DNA of 64,000 nucleotides from Candidatus Omnitrophota bacterium (GTDB lineage Bacteria; Omnitrophota; Gorgyraeia; JABMRN01; RBG-13-46-9), in assembly GCA_013203315.1 (NCBI GenBank), contig JABMQJ010000001.1, forward strand, positions 32,001 through 96,000, in the 5' to 3' direction. Made by a program: the position numbers and the translations under genes. The notes below the pieces were generated by a model. That model was given only the letters and a program-made list of their open reading frames with translations, searched no databases and had not been told where the DNA came from. Positions 44,559 through 53,835 of the stretch are shown piece after piece (position 1 is the stretch's first letter; the number at the start of each line of letters is the position of its first letter).

Positions 44559-45524
44559 TTAAATCTTGTCAAGTACTGCTGTCAGTAAAAATGATATGAT
44601 AAGCGCAATAATCGGTGTCACGATCCAGGTCATATATGTTTTTCTTGTTACAGGGTTAGTAAATGTTGTCTTATGTCCGTTTTTTAGACCTCCTACGGCA
44701 AACAGACAAGCCACTTTGATCATTACAAAGGACTGCGGCACACCTAAGAGAGAGGCCACTATCATAAGCGTTCCGGTAACAAGGCATACAATCGTCGCCG
44801 ATAAAACGCCTAACGGCACTATTTTTTCGCCCGCGGTCTTAAGCGAGCCATGGAATACAAGGCTTCCTAACCCAAAAATAGGCGCGATTAAAATAAGTCC
44901 GAGCGTTGTACTTAAAATTCCGGCCCCGGAAAGCGGACCCACGACATTGGCTACATTATTCGCGCCCACTGAAAAGGCGTTATAGCAACTTGCAATTATC
45001 ACGAATAGTTTCAACCTATCGGTGTGATTAACCAGTTTTTCATAGATCCAGAAATTATTATTTTTCGGCGGATATACGACTTTTCCCAAAAGATATGTTA
45101 AGAAATAGCCTAAAACCGGCAAAAGTACCCAAAAAGGCACCAGGTATAATAAGGTTTTGGTGTATACACTCCTGTAATACAGACCCACACCTAATATAGA
45201 TGCGACCGTAACCAGGCTCGTGGACTGTGGCACATGCAATCTATTCGCCACAAATAAACTGAGCGTCGCTGAAATCAAAATCACGAGGATAACGTTAATC
45301 CCCATAAGCTCATGCGGAATGATCTTATTGCCCAAAGTCTCTGAAACAGGCTTACCTATAAGAACAGCCCCTAGAAAGACAAATATAGCAAAAAGAATCT
45401 GCGCCCGAGCTCTGGTGATAATTTTGCCACCGTGCGCGGCGGCAAAAGAAGCGCCAAAGTTGCTTCCGCCCATATTAAGAGCGAAAAGAATAGCCAGTAT
45501 TGCTAAAACGATATAGTGTGCCAA
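44559..45524 (-). CDS. PiT-family anion permease (probable CysP-like sulfate permease)
   Basis: NMGGSN, GANNVAN, P.S.S motifs; sulfur-operon context. Confidence 0.8.
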   Translation of the reverse strand: MAHYIVLAILAILFALNMGGSNFGASFAAAHGGKIITRARAQILFAIFVFLGAVLIGKPVSETLGNKIIPHELMGINVILVILISATLSLFVANRLHVPQSTSLVTVASILGVGLYYRSVYTKTLLYLVPFWVLLPVLGYFLTYLLGKVVYPPKNNNFWIYEKLVNHTDRLKLFVIIASCYNAFSVGANNVANVVGPLSGAGILSTTLGLILIAPIFGLGSLVFHGSLKTAGEKIVPLGVLSATIVCLVTGTLMIVASLLGVPQSFVMIKVACLFAVGGLKNGHKTTFTNPVTRKTYMTWIVTPIIALIISFLLTAVLDKI

Positions 45525-45545
45525 GTATTGCCTCTTCTAGATACC

Positions 45546-46268
45546 TTAGATGCCGTCGCCGCCAATATTTTTAAGGGGTCTGGTGTGAATACCGCATTCA
45601 CCGCCGCATTTGCTCGTGCCGATCCAGCGGCCCGCGCGCTCATCGTCTTCAACTGTAATTTTTGTGCAGGGCGCGCAGCCCAATGAACGGTACCCTAACC
45701 CATAGAGAGGATTTACTTTTACTTCGTTAAGCGCCAGATACTCCCAGACCTCTCTTTCCTTCCAGATAAGAATCGGATTTAATTTTACAAGGCCCTTGTC
45801 CCGCTCCTCTACCTCTTTAAAGTCTGTACGAGTTCTGCCTTCGGTGCAACGCAGGCCCGTAATCCAGCATGTTACCTTCATCTCTTCTACGGCTTTTCTT
45901 GTGGGCTCTACCTTTAATATATCGCAGCACTTATCAGGTTTAGTTTCGTAAAGCTTATCCGGTATTTCAACGTCATTTTTGTAAACCTTGAGCTCCGGGA
46001 ACCTGGCAACTTCTTCATTCATAAATTTAATGGTTGCCTTTGGTTTATAGCGCGTAGTTACTATAAAGCCTCTTATCTTGGGGTTTACTTTTCTTGCAAG
46101 ATCCCAAATAGCAACGGAATCTTTCCCCAGGCTATTGGCCACCACAAGCCCATCACCGTATTTCTTATACGCTTCTTCGATAAGCGCAAGCGACCTTTCA
46201 ACTTTTTCTTTAAAATTCAGCGTGTCGACTAGTTTTTTTAGATCATCGTTGTTCTTCAATATGCTCAC
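45546..46268 (-). CDS. cysH: APS/PAPS reductase (thioredoxin-type)
   Basis: SLGKDS, CCDILKVEP, WITGLR, YRSLGCAPCT, ERAGRW, ECGIH. Confidence 0.88.
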   Translation of the reverse strand: MSILKNNDDLKKLVDTLNFKEKVERSLALIEEAYKKYGDGLVVANSLGKDSVAIWDLARKVNPKIRGFIVTTRYKPKATIKFMNEEVARFPELKVYKNDVEIPDKLYETKPDKCCDILKVEPTRKAVEEMKVTCWITGLRCTEGRTRTDFKEVEERDKGLVKLNPILIWKEREVWEYLALNEVKVNPLYGLGYRSLGCAPCTKITVEDDERAGRWIGTSKCGGECGIHTRPLKNIGGDGI

Positions 46269-46295
46269 TTTCTTTTCCTCCTTTACAATACATCG

Positions 46296-46718
46296 TTATA
46301 TTTGGTAAGCAAATGCTCCCCTTTTTCCTTTGGACCTCTCCGCTATATCTTCAAAAGTGACTTTATCCAGTATTTTGGCTATAGCGCCATCGACCTCATC
46401 CCAAATCGCCGCAAATACAGATTCTCTTTTTGCAACTGATTTGGACGCAGTTAAAAGAGGGCCTCCTATCCGGCGCATCACTTCGCCCAGCGTTATTTCA
46501 TTCGGAGGCTTGGCCAGGTTATACCCGCCGTCCTTACCTCTTATGCTCGAGACCTGACCCATTCTTTTGAGTTGAATTAGAATTTGTACCAAGTATCTAA
46601 TAGGTATACTCTGTCTATCGGATATAGTGTGAATTTGTAGCGGCGCATCCCCCGGCCAATGCAGTGATAGCTCCAAAAGCGCCTTACATGCATAGTCACA
46701 TCTTGCTGAAATTCTCAT
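46296..46718 (-). CDS. Rrf2-family regulator without an Fe-S Cys triad (CymR-like)
   Basis: YL.QIL..LKR.G.V.S.RG..GGY.LA.PP..IT.G.V. Confidence 0.88.
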   Translation of the reverse strand: MRISARCDYACKALLELSLHWPGDAPLQIHTISDRQSIPIRYLVQILIQLKRMGQVSSIRGKDGGYNLAKPPNEITLGEVMRRIGGPLLTASKSVAKRESVFAAIWDEVDGAIAKILDKVTFEDIAERSKGKRGAFAYQI

Positions 46719-46754
46719 ATTAACTCCCTACTTGCCGCCGGCAAGCTTTATTGC

Positions 46755-46813
46755 TATACTTTACTATGTTTATCAACATAGTAAAGTATACACTAAAAGA
46801 GCCATACTGTCAA
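46755..46813 (-). promoter_or_regulatory. Promoter with a 16-bp-arm perfect palindrome (likely Rrf2 operator)
   Basis: TTGACA-17-TATACT; TATACTTTACTATGTT-N4-AACATAGTAAAGTATA. Confidence 0.85.
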
Positions 46814-46858
46814 GAAAAACTTTATTTTTTTATAGGTGTGTTTAAAAGCCGGCTTGCG

Positions 46859-47425
46859 CTACTCGACCAGGTCTTTTCCAAGCTCAAATGCCTTATCCAG
46901 GTAATCGGGGTGTTTTAAGATGTCTTCCTTCCCCTCAATCCCCTGGCAGAAAAGCTCAAGCTTATAGGCCGCATCTATGCTGACGAAGAAATTCTTCACT
47001 ATGGATTTGGCGTTATCGAAAAAGTCCTGCCTTTTTGAGGCCTCTACGGAAATAAAGGCGCCTCGTTTGGTTTTTTCACGGTGAGCTTCCTTATTTAATA
47101 TGTATTTATATCTCCAATCGCACTGAAAGCGATCAATCATGATTTTGGTCTGCGCACTTAAAGATCCGAAAAATATGGGAGACGCTATAATAATGGCGTC
47201 GGCTTTTTTAATCTTCTCGTAAACCGGCTGAAAGTCGTCTTCCAGTATACATGTCCCGTCATCCCTTACATATTCGCATTCCTGGCAGGCCATTATTCTA
47301 AAGGTATTCAAAATAACCTTCTCTACTTCAGCGCCTTTTGATTTTGCGCCTTCGAGGGCCTTATCGAGCAGGGTATCGGTATTTCCGTGTATTCTAGGGC
47401 TACCATTTATTCCCAATACGTACAT
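46859..47425 (-). CDS. Iron-sulfur flavoprotein / flavodoxin-family (NADPH-dependent FMN reductase)
   Basis: GSPR..GNT, CQECEY.....C, ASPIFFG.LSAQ.K..IDR. Confidence 0.88.
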   Translation of the reverse strand: MYVLGINGSPRIHGNTDTLLDKALEGAKSKGAEVEKVILNTFRIMACQECEYVRDDGTCILEDDFQPVYEKIKKADAIIIASPIFFGSLSAQTKIMIDRFQCDWRYKYILNKEAHREKTKRGAFISVEASKRQDFFDNAKSIVKNFFVSIDAAYKLELFCQGIEGKEDILKHPDYLDKAFELGKDLVE

Positions 47426-47449
47426 CTTTGTGTCCTCCGTTCGTTTTTT

Positions 47450-48439
47450 TTAAAGATACGTTCCGCTTTCTAAGTAATTTACGTAATCTTTTACAGCTTT
47501 CTCTAAACTATGGAATTCGTGAAGATCGAAAAACTTATGTATTTTGTTCGCTTCTTTCAGCTTCTTAAGATCCGCTTCGGTGAAATACTGGTATTTATCT
47601 TTAAGGGTCTCCGGCATGTCAAAATATTCGATTTTGGGTTTCATGCCAAGGGCTGAAAAGATCGCGTTTGCCAGTTCGTTCCAGGTCCCGGCCTTACCGG
47701 TTCCTATATTGTAAAGGCCTCTTGCCTCGGGGTGCTCAACAAAATGATACACAAGCTCCACGGCGTCTTTTACGTAAACAAAATCTCTTTTTTGTTCTCC
47801 GGCTTTATATTTTGGTTTATACGAATTAAAAAGGCGTATCATGCCTTTTGTTTTTATCTGTTTGTACCCTTTATTAACCATGCTGCGCATGTCGCCCTTA
47901 TGGCCTTCGTTTGGGCCGAAGACATTGAAAAATTTAAATCCTACGAATTCCTCCTCGAGGCCGTTTCTTAAAACCCACAGATCAAAGGCGTGCTTGGAAT
48001 AACCATAGACGTTTAGCGGCTTAAGCCTGGGGGTTACTTCATCGGTGTCGGAATAACCCTCTTCGCCTGCGCCGTAGGTTGCCGCGCTTGAGGCATATAA
48101 AAATCTTTTCTTAGTTTTAAGAGCCCAATCGGCAATTCTTCTTGAATAGACATAGTTATTCTCCATCATGTATGTTGCGTTTTGCTCGGTTGTGGAAGTG
48201 CATGCGCCCAGATGAATAACAATGTCTATATTCCGATTTAGCTTACCGCTTTCCAGGTAATCCAAAAATTTGTCCTTCTCAAAGTAGTTCTCAAAACGTT
48301 TTCCGGTTAAATTTTTCCACTTCTCGGAGGAACCCAGATGGTCAACTACCGTAATATCCGTAATCCCGGCGTTATTAAGCCTCCAAAGCATGCAGCTTCC
48401 GATAAAGCCCGCTCCGCCTGTAAGTAAAACTTTCATCAT
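47450..48439 (-). CDS. hldD: ADP-L-glycero-D-manno-heptose-6-epimerase
   Basis: TGGAGFIGS, HLGACTSTT, YASSAATYG, PLNVYGYSK, YQYFTEA. Confidence 0.93.
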   Translation of the reverse strand: MMKVLLTGGAGFIGSCMLWRLNNAGITDITVVDHLGSSEKWKNLTGKRFENYFEKDKFLDYLESGKLNRNIDIVIHLGACTSTTEQNATYMMENNYVYSRRIADWALKTKKRFLYASSAATYGAGEEGYSDTDEVTPRLKPLNVYGYSKHAFDLWVLRNGLEEEFVGFKFFNVFGPNEGHKGDMRSMVNKGYKQIKTKGMIRLFNSYKPKYKAGEQKRDFVYVKDAVELVYHFVEHPEARGLYNIGTGKAGTWNELANAIFSALGMKPKIEYFDMPETLKDKYQYFTEADLKKLKEANKIHKFFDLHEFHSLEKAVKDYVNYLESGTYL

Positions 48440-48445
48440 TACCTC

Positions 48446-49594
48446 CTAGCTATCTATAATTTTTACAATCTTGTCGATGTCAATGTGACGCTTTACCATG
48501 TTAACGATTATGCCAATCTTGGCCTTGTCTTCGGGTTTTATTTTTATTTTCATGGTGTGTATCTTGGCCGCGATCGAATACGTATCATGGTCGGAAAGAA
48601 GAGTCGGTATTTTAGCTTTCTCAAGGAGCGCTAAAACTTTGGGAGGAGGAACTATGCCCCCTGATAAGACAAGGCCTGATATTTTACAGGGCCTACGCAG
48701 CTTCCCGTTTTGGAGATCAATTATGGCCCGGATCATGTCCATTCTATCTGAGGGCGTTATGACCAATGAATTATTCACCATGTAATTAAGCGCTTCCCCA
48801 ACTTCCATGGCGCCGATTAATATTTTATCTACCACGTTTTCCAAATAATCTTTTCCGCAAAGGAGTTTTATTTTTACTTCCTCGAATATTTCTCTTATAG
48901 TAGGAAGGTCAAGCCTTTTCTGGTAAGGCATCACGCCTAAAACAGGGAGCTTTTTCTTGGCGAGCCCCATCCGCACGTATTTACTTATTTTACTGAATTT
49001 ATCAGATAACACCTTGTTGACTACTACGCCCGCAAGCTTGACGTCCTCTTTGTCAAAAAGTGCCCTGTTTAACATGAATTCGTCTATGGGCCTCCCTATC
49101 CCGCCGGGGCCAAGAAGGATAACCTTCGAATTAAGAAGCTTGGCGACAGTAGCGTTGGAAAGATCAAAAACCGACCCTACACCGGCGTGCCCAGTACCTT
49201 CGATTATTACAAGGTCCTTATCCTTGGCGACTCTATTGAAAGAATCGACTATATCTTTCGCGTAGTTACCCTTAGAAGTACCCTCGATATATCTTTCCGT
49301 GAAGCCTTTTTCAACCGCAACCGGTGATAAATCTTTTATGCTTAAGTTTTTCGATATGCCGAAAATTCTCTCTATAAGAACCGAGTCCTCATCAACCTTG
49401 AAGCCCTGTTCCATGAGATAGCGCTGGCCGATGGGTTTAATAAAACCTATGTTTTTATACTTTTTGAGAAGTGCTGCTATCAGGCCGAGAGAGAAAGTGG
49501 TTTTTCCGGCATTTTGCCCGGTTGCTGATATAAAGATGCGTCGTGTCTTGCTTATTTTTTTAAACGTAATGCCCAAAGCTATTTTTTCTCCCAT
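48446..49594 (-). CDS. Stand-alone Pta N-terminal-like protein (BioD-like P-loop + DRTGG domain); start uncertain
   Basis: TGQNAGKT, GFIKPIG, IIEGTGH, VITPSDR, LVLSGG; no PTA catalytic domain. Confidence 0.8.
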   Translation of the reverse strand: MGEKIALGITFKKISKTRRIFISATGQNAGKTTFSLGLIAALLKKYKNIGFIKPIGQRYLMEQGFKVDEDSVLIERIFGISKNLSIKDLSPVAVEKGFTERYIEGTSKGNYAKDIVDSFNRVAKDKDLVIIEGTGHAGVGSVFDLSNATVAKLLNSKVILLGPGGIGRPIDEFMLNRALFDKEDVKLAGVVVNKVLSDKFSKISKYVRMGLAKKKLPVLGVMPYQKRLDLPTIREIFEEVKIKLLCGKDYLENVVDKILIGAMEVGEALNYMVNNSLVITPSDRMDMIRAIIDLQNGKLRRPCKISGLVLSGGIVPPPKVLALLEKAKIPTLLSDHDTYSIAAKIHTMKIKIKPEDKAKIGIIVNMVKRHIDIDKIVKIIDS

Positions 49595-50871
49595 CTTAAG
49601 AGCTCAATCACTTTAGCGAGGGTAGAACCCTTGTCTATTTCATGCCTTAGCCTATTTTCCTGTTCTAAAATACTCATCGCGCGGTTTGCAATTTCGGTTA
49701 CCTTTTCCTTAGGGATACGAACTACTCCGTCGTCATCGCCAAGTATCCAGTCACCATTACATACTCTCGTACCGCCGATGTTTACAGGAACGCCTATTTC
49801 CCCGAAACCCTTGGGTTCACCTGCGGTGGGTGTTACAAGTTTAGAAAACACGGGAAACTTTAATTTGCGTATTTCCGCGGTATCGCGGGTTGCGCCGTCT
49901 ATGACTACGCCCGCTATTTTGCGTTGGATCGCTCCGTGCGTAGCCAACTCTCCCCATACGGCCGGCCCTACACCGCCGGCGTCTATTACTATGACCTGGC
50001 CCTTTTCCGCTCTGTCAATTGCCTCGACGGTTTTCGCCCAGTCACCGGGATAGGTGCGCACCGTGAGCGCGGGACCTGCCATTTTTACCCCCTGCAGAAC
50101 CGGATAGATTCCTTTTAAATCGCCTGACCTATGCATCGCGTCTGAAAGGTTAGAAGTTGACACAAGCTTCAGGGCTTTACCGACATCTTCTGTCGAAACT
50201 CTTTTGAAAAGCTCGGTTTTTATTATTTTTCCCGTAGTGATTGCCTTTTTTATGCGTTTTGCAGCAAGAGTGGGATCTTTGGCTTTATTTATTGCTCCGC
50301 CGACTATTACGATTTTTGCTCCTGCCTTTACGGCGCGGGCAGCGGTTTCGGAATTTATTCCGCCTGCGCAAGCGACGGGAATATTTACTGCCTTAACGAT
50401 CCTGCAAAGCCGCAGGAACGGATCCTTGCCACGCATCTGTTCGTCAATGGCAATATGCACTCCTATATAATCTACGCCTAACTTTTCCATGTCTTTTGCG
50501 CGTTTTTCTAATTTATTCTCACTAATTTCTATTAAATCGGCTTCAATTTTAACGCCGTAATTTCTTCCTGCTTCCACGCATTCGGTTATTGTGCTATCAG
50601 AGGCTGCTGCCAAAACACAAACTATGTTTGCGCCGGCTTTCGCGGCTGCTTCTGTTTCGATTCTTCCGACATCCATGATTTTCATGTCGGCCACGATAGT
50701 TACCGTGGGAAATTTTTTCCTTAGCTCCCTTACGGCGTCCAGGCCCTCACTCTTTATAAGAGGCGTTCCTGCCTCAAGCCAATCAACCCCACCACGCACC
50801 GCCTCTTCGGCAACTTTTAGCGCGCGCTTAAGATTCAGAAAATCTAATGCTAACTGTAATTTTGGTTTCAT
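49579..50871 (-). CDS. 3-hexulose-6-phosphate synthase fused to an RraA-like domain
   Basis: LQLALD, EAGTPLIK.EG, ADMK.MD, H.AID.Q; C-terminal SDAM, AVWGEL, IDGA.RD, GDDDGV. Confidence 0.85.
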   Translation of the reverse strand: MKPKLQLALDFLNLKRALKVAEEAVRGGVDWLEAGTPLIKSEGLDAVRELRKKFPTVTIVADMKIMDVGRIETEAAAKAGANIVCVLAAASDSTITECVEAGRNYGVKIEADLIEISENKLEKRAKDMEKLGVDYIGVHIAIDEQMRGKDPFLRLCRIVKAVNIPVACAGGINSETAARAVKAGAKIVIVGGAINKAKDPTLAAKRIKKAITTGKIIKTELFKRVSTEDVGKALKLVSTSNLSDAMHRSGDLKGIYPVLQGVKMAGPALTVRTYPGDWAKTVEAIDRAEKGQVIVIDAGGVGPAVWGELATHGAIQRKIAGVVIDGATRDTAEIRKLKFPVFSKLVTPTAGEPKGFGEIGVPVNIGGTRVCNGDWILGDDDGVVRIPKEKVTEIANRAMSILEQENRLRHEIDKGSTLAKVIELLRWEKK

Positions 50872-51288
50872 CTATTCTCCAATAATTTGTAAAACTATAT
50901 CCCGTGTTCTGGGACGGTTATCGAAATCTATAAAAATAATCTGCTGCCATGTTCCGAGGGTCAATTTTCCGGACGAAAAAGGAACCGTAATCGAAGGCCC
51001 TAAAAGCGAGGCCCTTACATGCGAAAAGCCGTTACCGTCGTGCCATCTTTCATTATGCGCATACTTTCCGTCGCGTGGCGCCAACTTTTCGAATGCCATT
51101 TTTAAATCGCTTACAAGCCCCGGTTCATATTCAACAGTGGTAAGCCCGCCCGTCGCGCCGGAAACAAATACAGTAACTGTGCCGTTTTTAAGTTTCGCGC
51201 CACCGACAGCATTCTCCACTTCGCTAGTTATATTAATTATGTCTGTCTCGCCCTTTGATTTTAATTTTATGTGCTTAGTTTTTACCAT
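50872..51288 (-). CDS. yjbQ: YjbQ / UPF0047 protein (second paralog)
   Basis: T.VEYEPGL..D, NGFSHVRASL.G, LGTWQQI..DFD. Confidence 0.85.
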   Translation of the reverse strand: MVKTKHIKLKSKGETDIINITSEVENAVGGAKLKNGTVTVFVSGATGGLTTVEYEPGLVSDLKMAFEKLAPRDGKYAHNERWHDGNGFSHVRASLLGPSITVPFSSGKLTLGTWQQIIFIDFDNRPRTRDIVLQIIGE

Positions 51289-51296
51289 TTTTTAAA

Positions 51297-52085
51297 CTAT
51301 CTTTTCCTGTATGAATCAAGAAATGAGTCGCAGTATATATTTTTATTCAAAATAAGCTCTGAGGTGATCGCCGCATTCATGAGTTCCTTATCAAGCGGGT
51401 CCATGATGGCCGCTGTTAAACCGTTCGTTATCGCCATCACAAGATATGTTCTGTTTATAAGCGGGCGCGTTTTCGTGCCTTGAGAAATATTACTAAGCCC
51501 CACGACTGTTTTAGGCGCCGGATCGCAAAGAAGTTTAAATTCCTTTATGGCTTCGAGCACTTCTATGCCTTGCGCCTGCGCGACATTTACTGGAAGTACT
51601 ATCGGATCCAGGTAAAGATCGCTTAAATTAAATCCTATTTCCTGGCATTTCGTTATAATTGTTACCGCGTGTTCGGTTCTTTCGTTTTTATCACGTGGGA
51701 TTCCTTTTTTGTCCATCGTAAGTCCTATAAGAAAAGCGTTGTATTTCTTCGCCAGCGGCACAATTGTATTCAACTTTTCTTCATCGGCATTTGCGGAATT
51801 TACCATGGCCTTTTTCTTTACGAGCTTAAGCCCCTCTTCTATAACGTCCGCTTTTGTGCTATCAAGCGCAAGAGGGACGTCGGTTACCTCCTGAATTGTT
51901 TCCACAAGCCACTTCATGGCGTCTTTCGGGTTTTTTTCGTACGGTCCTGTGTTTACATCAAGCATTCCCGCGCCGGCGGCGACCTGGTCCTTAGCTACTT
52001 TTTGTATAACCTTTTTATCACGATCCGCTATCGCTTTACCTACGGCTTTAAACATTCCGTTTATCAATTCACCGATTACTAGCAT
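51297..52085 (-). CDS. acsE: Methyl-THF:corrinoid Fe-S protein methyltransferase
   Basis: IGELING, LDVNTG, LDST, LDP, GLSNIS; pterin-binding fold within the acs cluster. Confidence 0.9.
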   Translation of the reverse strand: MLVIGELINGMFKAVGKAIADRDKKVIQKVAKDQVAAGAGMLDVNTGPYEKNPKDAMKWLVETIQEVTDVPLALDSTKADVIEEGLKLVKKKAMVNSANADEEKLNTIVPLAKKYNAFLIGLTMDKKGIPRDKNERTEHAVTIITKCQEIGFNLSDLYLDPIVLPVNVAQAQGIEVLEAIKEFKLLCDPAPKTVVGLSNISQGTKTRPLINRTYLVMAITNGLTAAIMDPLDKELMNAAITSELILNKNIYCDSFLDSYRKR

Positions 52086-52104
52086 CTATCCTCCTAGTTT
52101 GTGC

Positions 52105-53067
52105 CTATCCCTTCTTCATCAAACTATCGATATACTTCCTGACTTCCTCGACCGCCTTTGGATGGCGCATGACCAGGATGTCGCCGCCTGTCTGCAGCAC
52201 GGCTACAGCGGTTTGCGCCTCCCACAAAGGACCGCGCTCCGATTCATCGCCCCATTCCGGATGTTCGGATGAAGTGGCTTTTGCTTCTTTAGCGCGCCAC
52301 GCTTCCTGCCCGACAAAACAGATAAAAGGCATGGAAAGCATTTTATCGCCAAGTAGAGCCGCGTTTCTCGCGCGCTCCATTATGGAATAGGCATATTCTA
52401 ATCCGTATCCAAGAGCACCTATTGTTGGGTTTACCACGATCCTGTCTAAGGGAAATCCCATCTCGCTTATTAAAATATTCACCTGTTTGGCTATGTTTAT
52501 GTCTATGGGGGACTCTCCTATTATGTTGTGGCCGTCCGCAAGACAGCTTGCCGCAAGGGTTTTATAGTTTTTCTCAGTGGCATCGCCTATCAGGCACTTC
52601 TCGCCTTTGGCAGCCTCGCTTGCTTTTGCCAGGACAGTGTTGTCTTTTTCATCGTCACCTGATCCTAAAATTATAAGCGGGACCTTCACTGCCTGCAAAA
52701 TATCTTTAACTAATTTGGCTGCGTCCGCAGCGGATTTATTGCCGAAGTCGGGATGCGTTCCTATCAGCTTTACGCATATGAGCCGGGCCTTATACTCTTC
52801 AACACATTTAACCGCCCACTTAACAGGGTCTTTCAACGCATCGCCAAAAGGTTTTTTTAAAACTTCGGGCCAATCAGTGGGCTCTGCGTCCAAAACCTCC
52901 ATCGCGATAACAGGCGCATGCGGAATGTCGCCTTCTTTAAAAAGAAACGGGAGCGCTGTCTCGCCTCCGACCGTAATTTGTGAAGTACGGGTCCCGCCTT
53001 CTTTTTCCGTAGCGCCGAGCGTAACGGTATTGATCTTACCTGTCCAGCATTCCTTCATTAAATCCAT
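52105..53067 (-). CDS. acsD: Corrinoid Fe-S protein small subunit
   Basis: VGGE.ALPF, SPIDINIAKQ.N, ALGYGLEY, MRHP. Confidence 0.92.
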   Translation of the reverse strand: MDLMKECWTGKINTVTLGATEKEGGTRTSQITVGGETALPFLFKEGDIPHAPVIAMEVLDAEPTDWPEVLKKPFGDALKDPVKWAVKCVEEYKARLICVKLIGTHPDFGNKSAADAAKLVKDILQAVKVPLIILGSGDDEKDNTVLAKASEAAKGEKCLIGDATEKNYKTLAASCLADGHNIIGESPIDINIAKQVNILISEMGFPLDRIVVNPTIGALGYGLEYAYSIMERARNAALLGDKMLSMPFICFVGQEAWRAKEAKATSSEHPEWGDESERGPLWEAQTAVAVLQTGGDILVMRHPKAVEEVRKYIDSLMKKG

Positions 53068-53072
53068 ACTTC

Positions 53073-53831
53073 CTACCTCTTTTCAGCTACCGGAATTTTT
53101 ATTGTTTCTTTTATCGTGTTTAGCAATACATTATCTTTTAGCTCGAAAACAGATTTATTATTTATAGCCGCATCTTCGATTTCGGCGTTTTGCGGCAAAA
53201 CTATTTTTAAATTGAGTCCCACTTTATCTATTTCTGCCCGGAGTGGACCCAGATCACCTTTGGATTTATTTAAAATCAGGGAGCGCTCTTTAGTTTTCAC
53301 TTTCAATTCATCTACGAGTTTTGAAATTCTTGCCGCGGCCCTTATCCCGATAACGGAGCTATCACTTATCATGAAAAGCCTGTCAATATCGCGAACCAGG
53401 CGCCTGGAAAGATGCTCCATGCCGGCTTCGTTATCAATAACAACGTGGGAGTAGTTTTTCATGAGCTTGGTGATAAGCGCGCGGAGCATGTTATTAACGA
53501 AACAATAGCATCCCGGCCCTTCTGGACGACCCATGCTTAAAAGGTCGAAGCCATCTTCTTCGTTTAGAGATTCCTGAACTTTTAAATTTATGAACCTATC
53601 CTTGGTCATGCCTTTCGGAACCTGGTCCGGGTCCTTGGAGATGTCGTCTATAATATCTACAATGGTTGATATGTCTTTCACGCCCAACAATTCTCCGAGA
53701 TTTGAGTTGGGATCCGCGTCAATGGCCAGAATTGAGCCGGCATTCTCTTCCTTAAGCGCCCTTATAACCAAAGACGCAAACGTTGTCTTCCCCGTTCCGC
53801 CTTTGCCCGCTATTGCTATTATGTTACTCAT
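53073..53831 (-). CDS. acsF: CooC/AcsF-type Ni-insertion ATPase
   Basis: GKGGTGKT, IDADP, GPGCYC, DNEAG.EH. Confidence 0.85.
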   Translation of the reverse strand: MSNIIAIAGKGGTGKTTFASLVIRALKEENAGSILAIDADPNSNLGELLGVKDISTIVDIIDDISKDPDQVPKGMTKDRFINLKVQESLNEEDGFDLLSMGRPEGPGCYCFVNNMLRALITKLMKNYSHVVIDNEAGMEHLSRRLVRDIDRLFMISDSSVIGIRAAARISKLVDELKVKTKERSLILNKSKGDLGPLRAEIDKVGLNLKIVLPQNAEIEDAAINNKSVFELKDNVLLNTIKETIKIPVAEKR

Positions 53832-53835
53832 TTTT

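Noticed and set aside
50591-51295. Long plus-strand ORFs (e.g. 50591-51295, 52577-53167, 60946-61587) and minus-strand 12384-12956
   Set aside because: Antisense shadows of well-supported genes, with no recognisable motifs.
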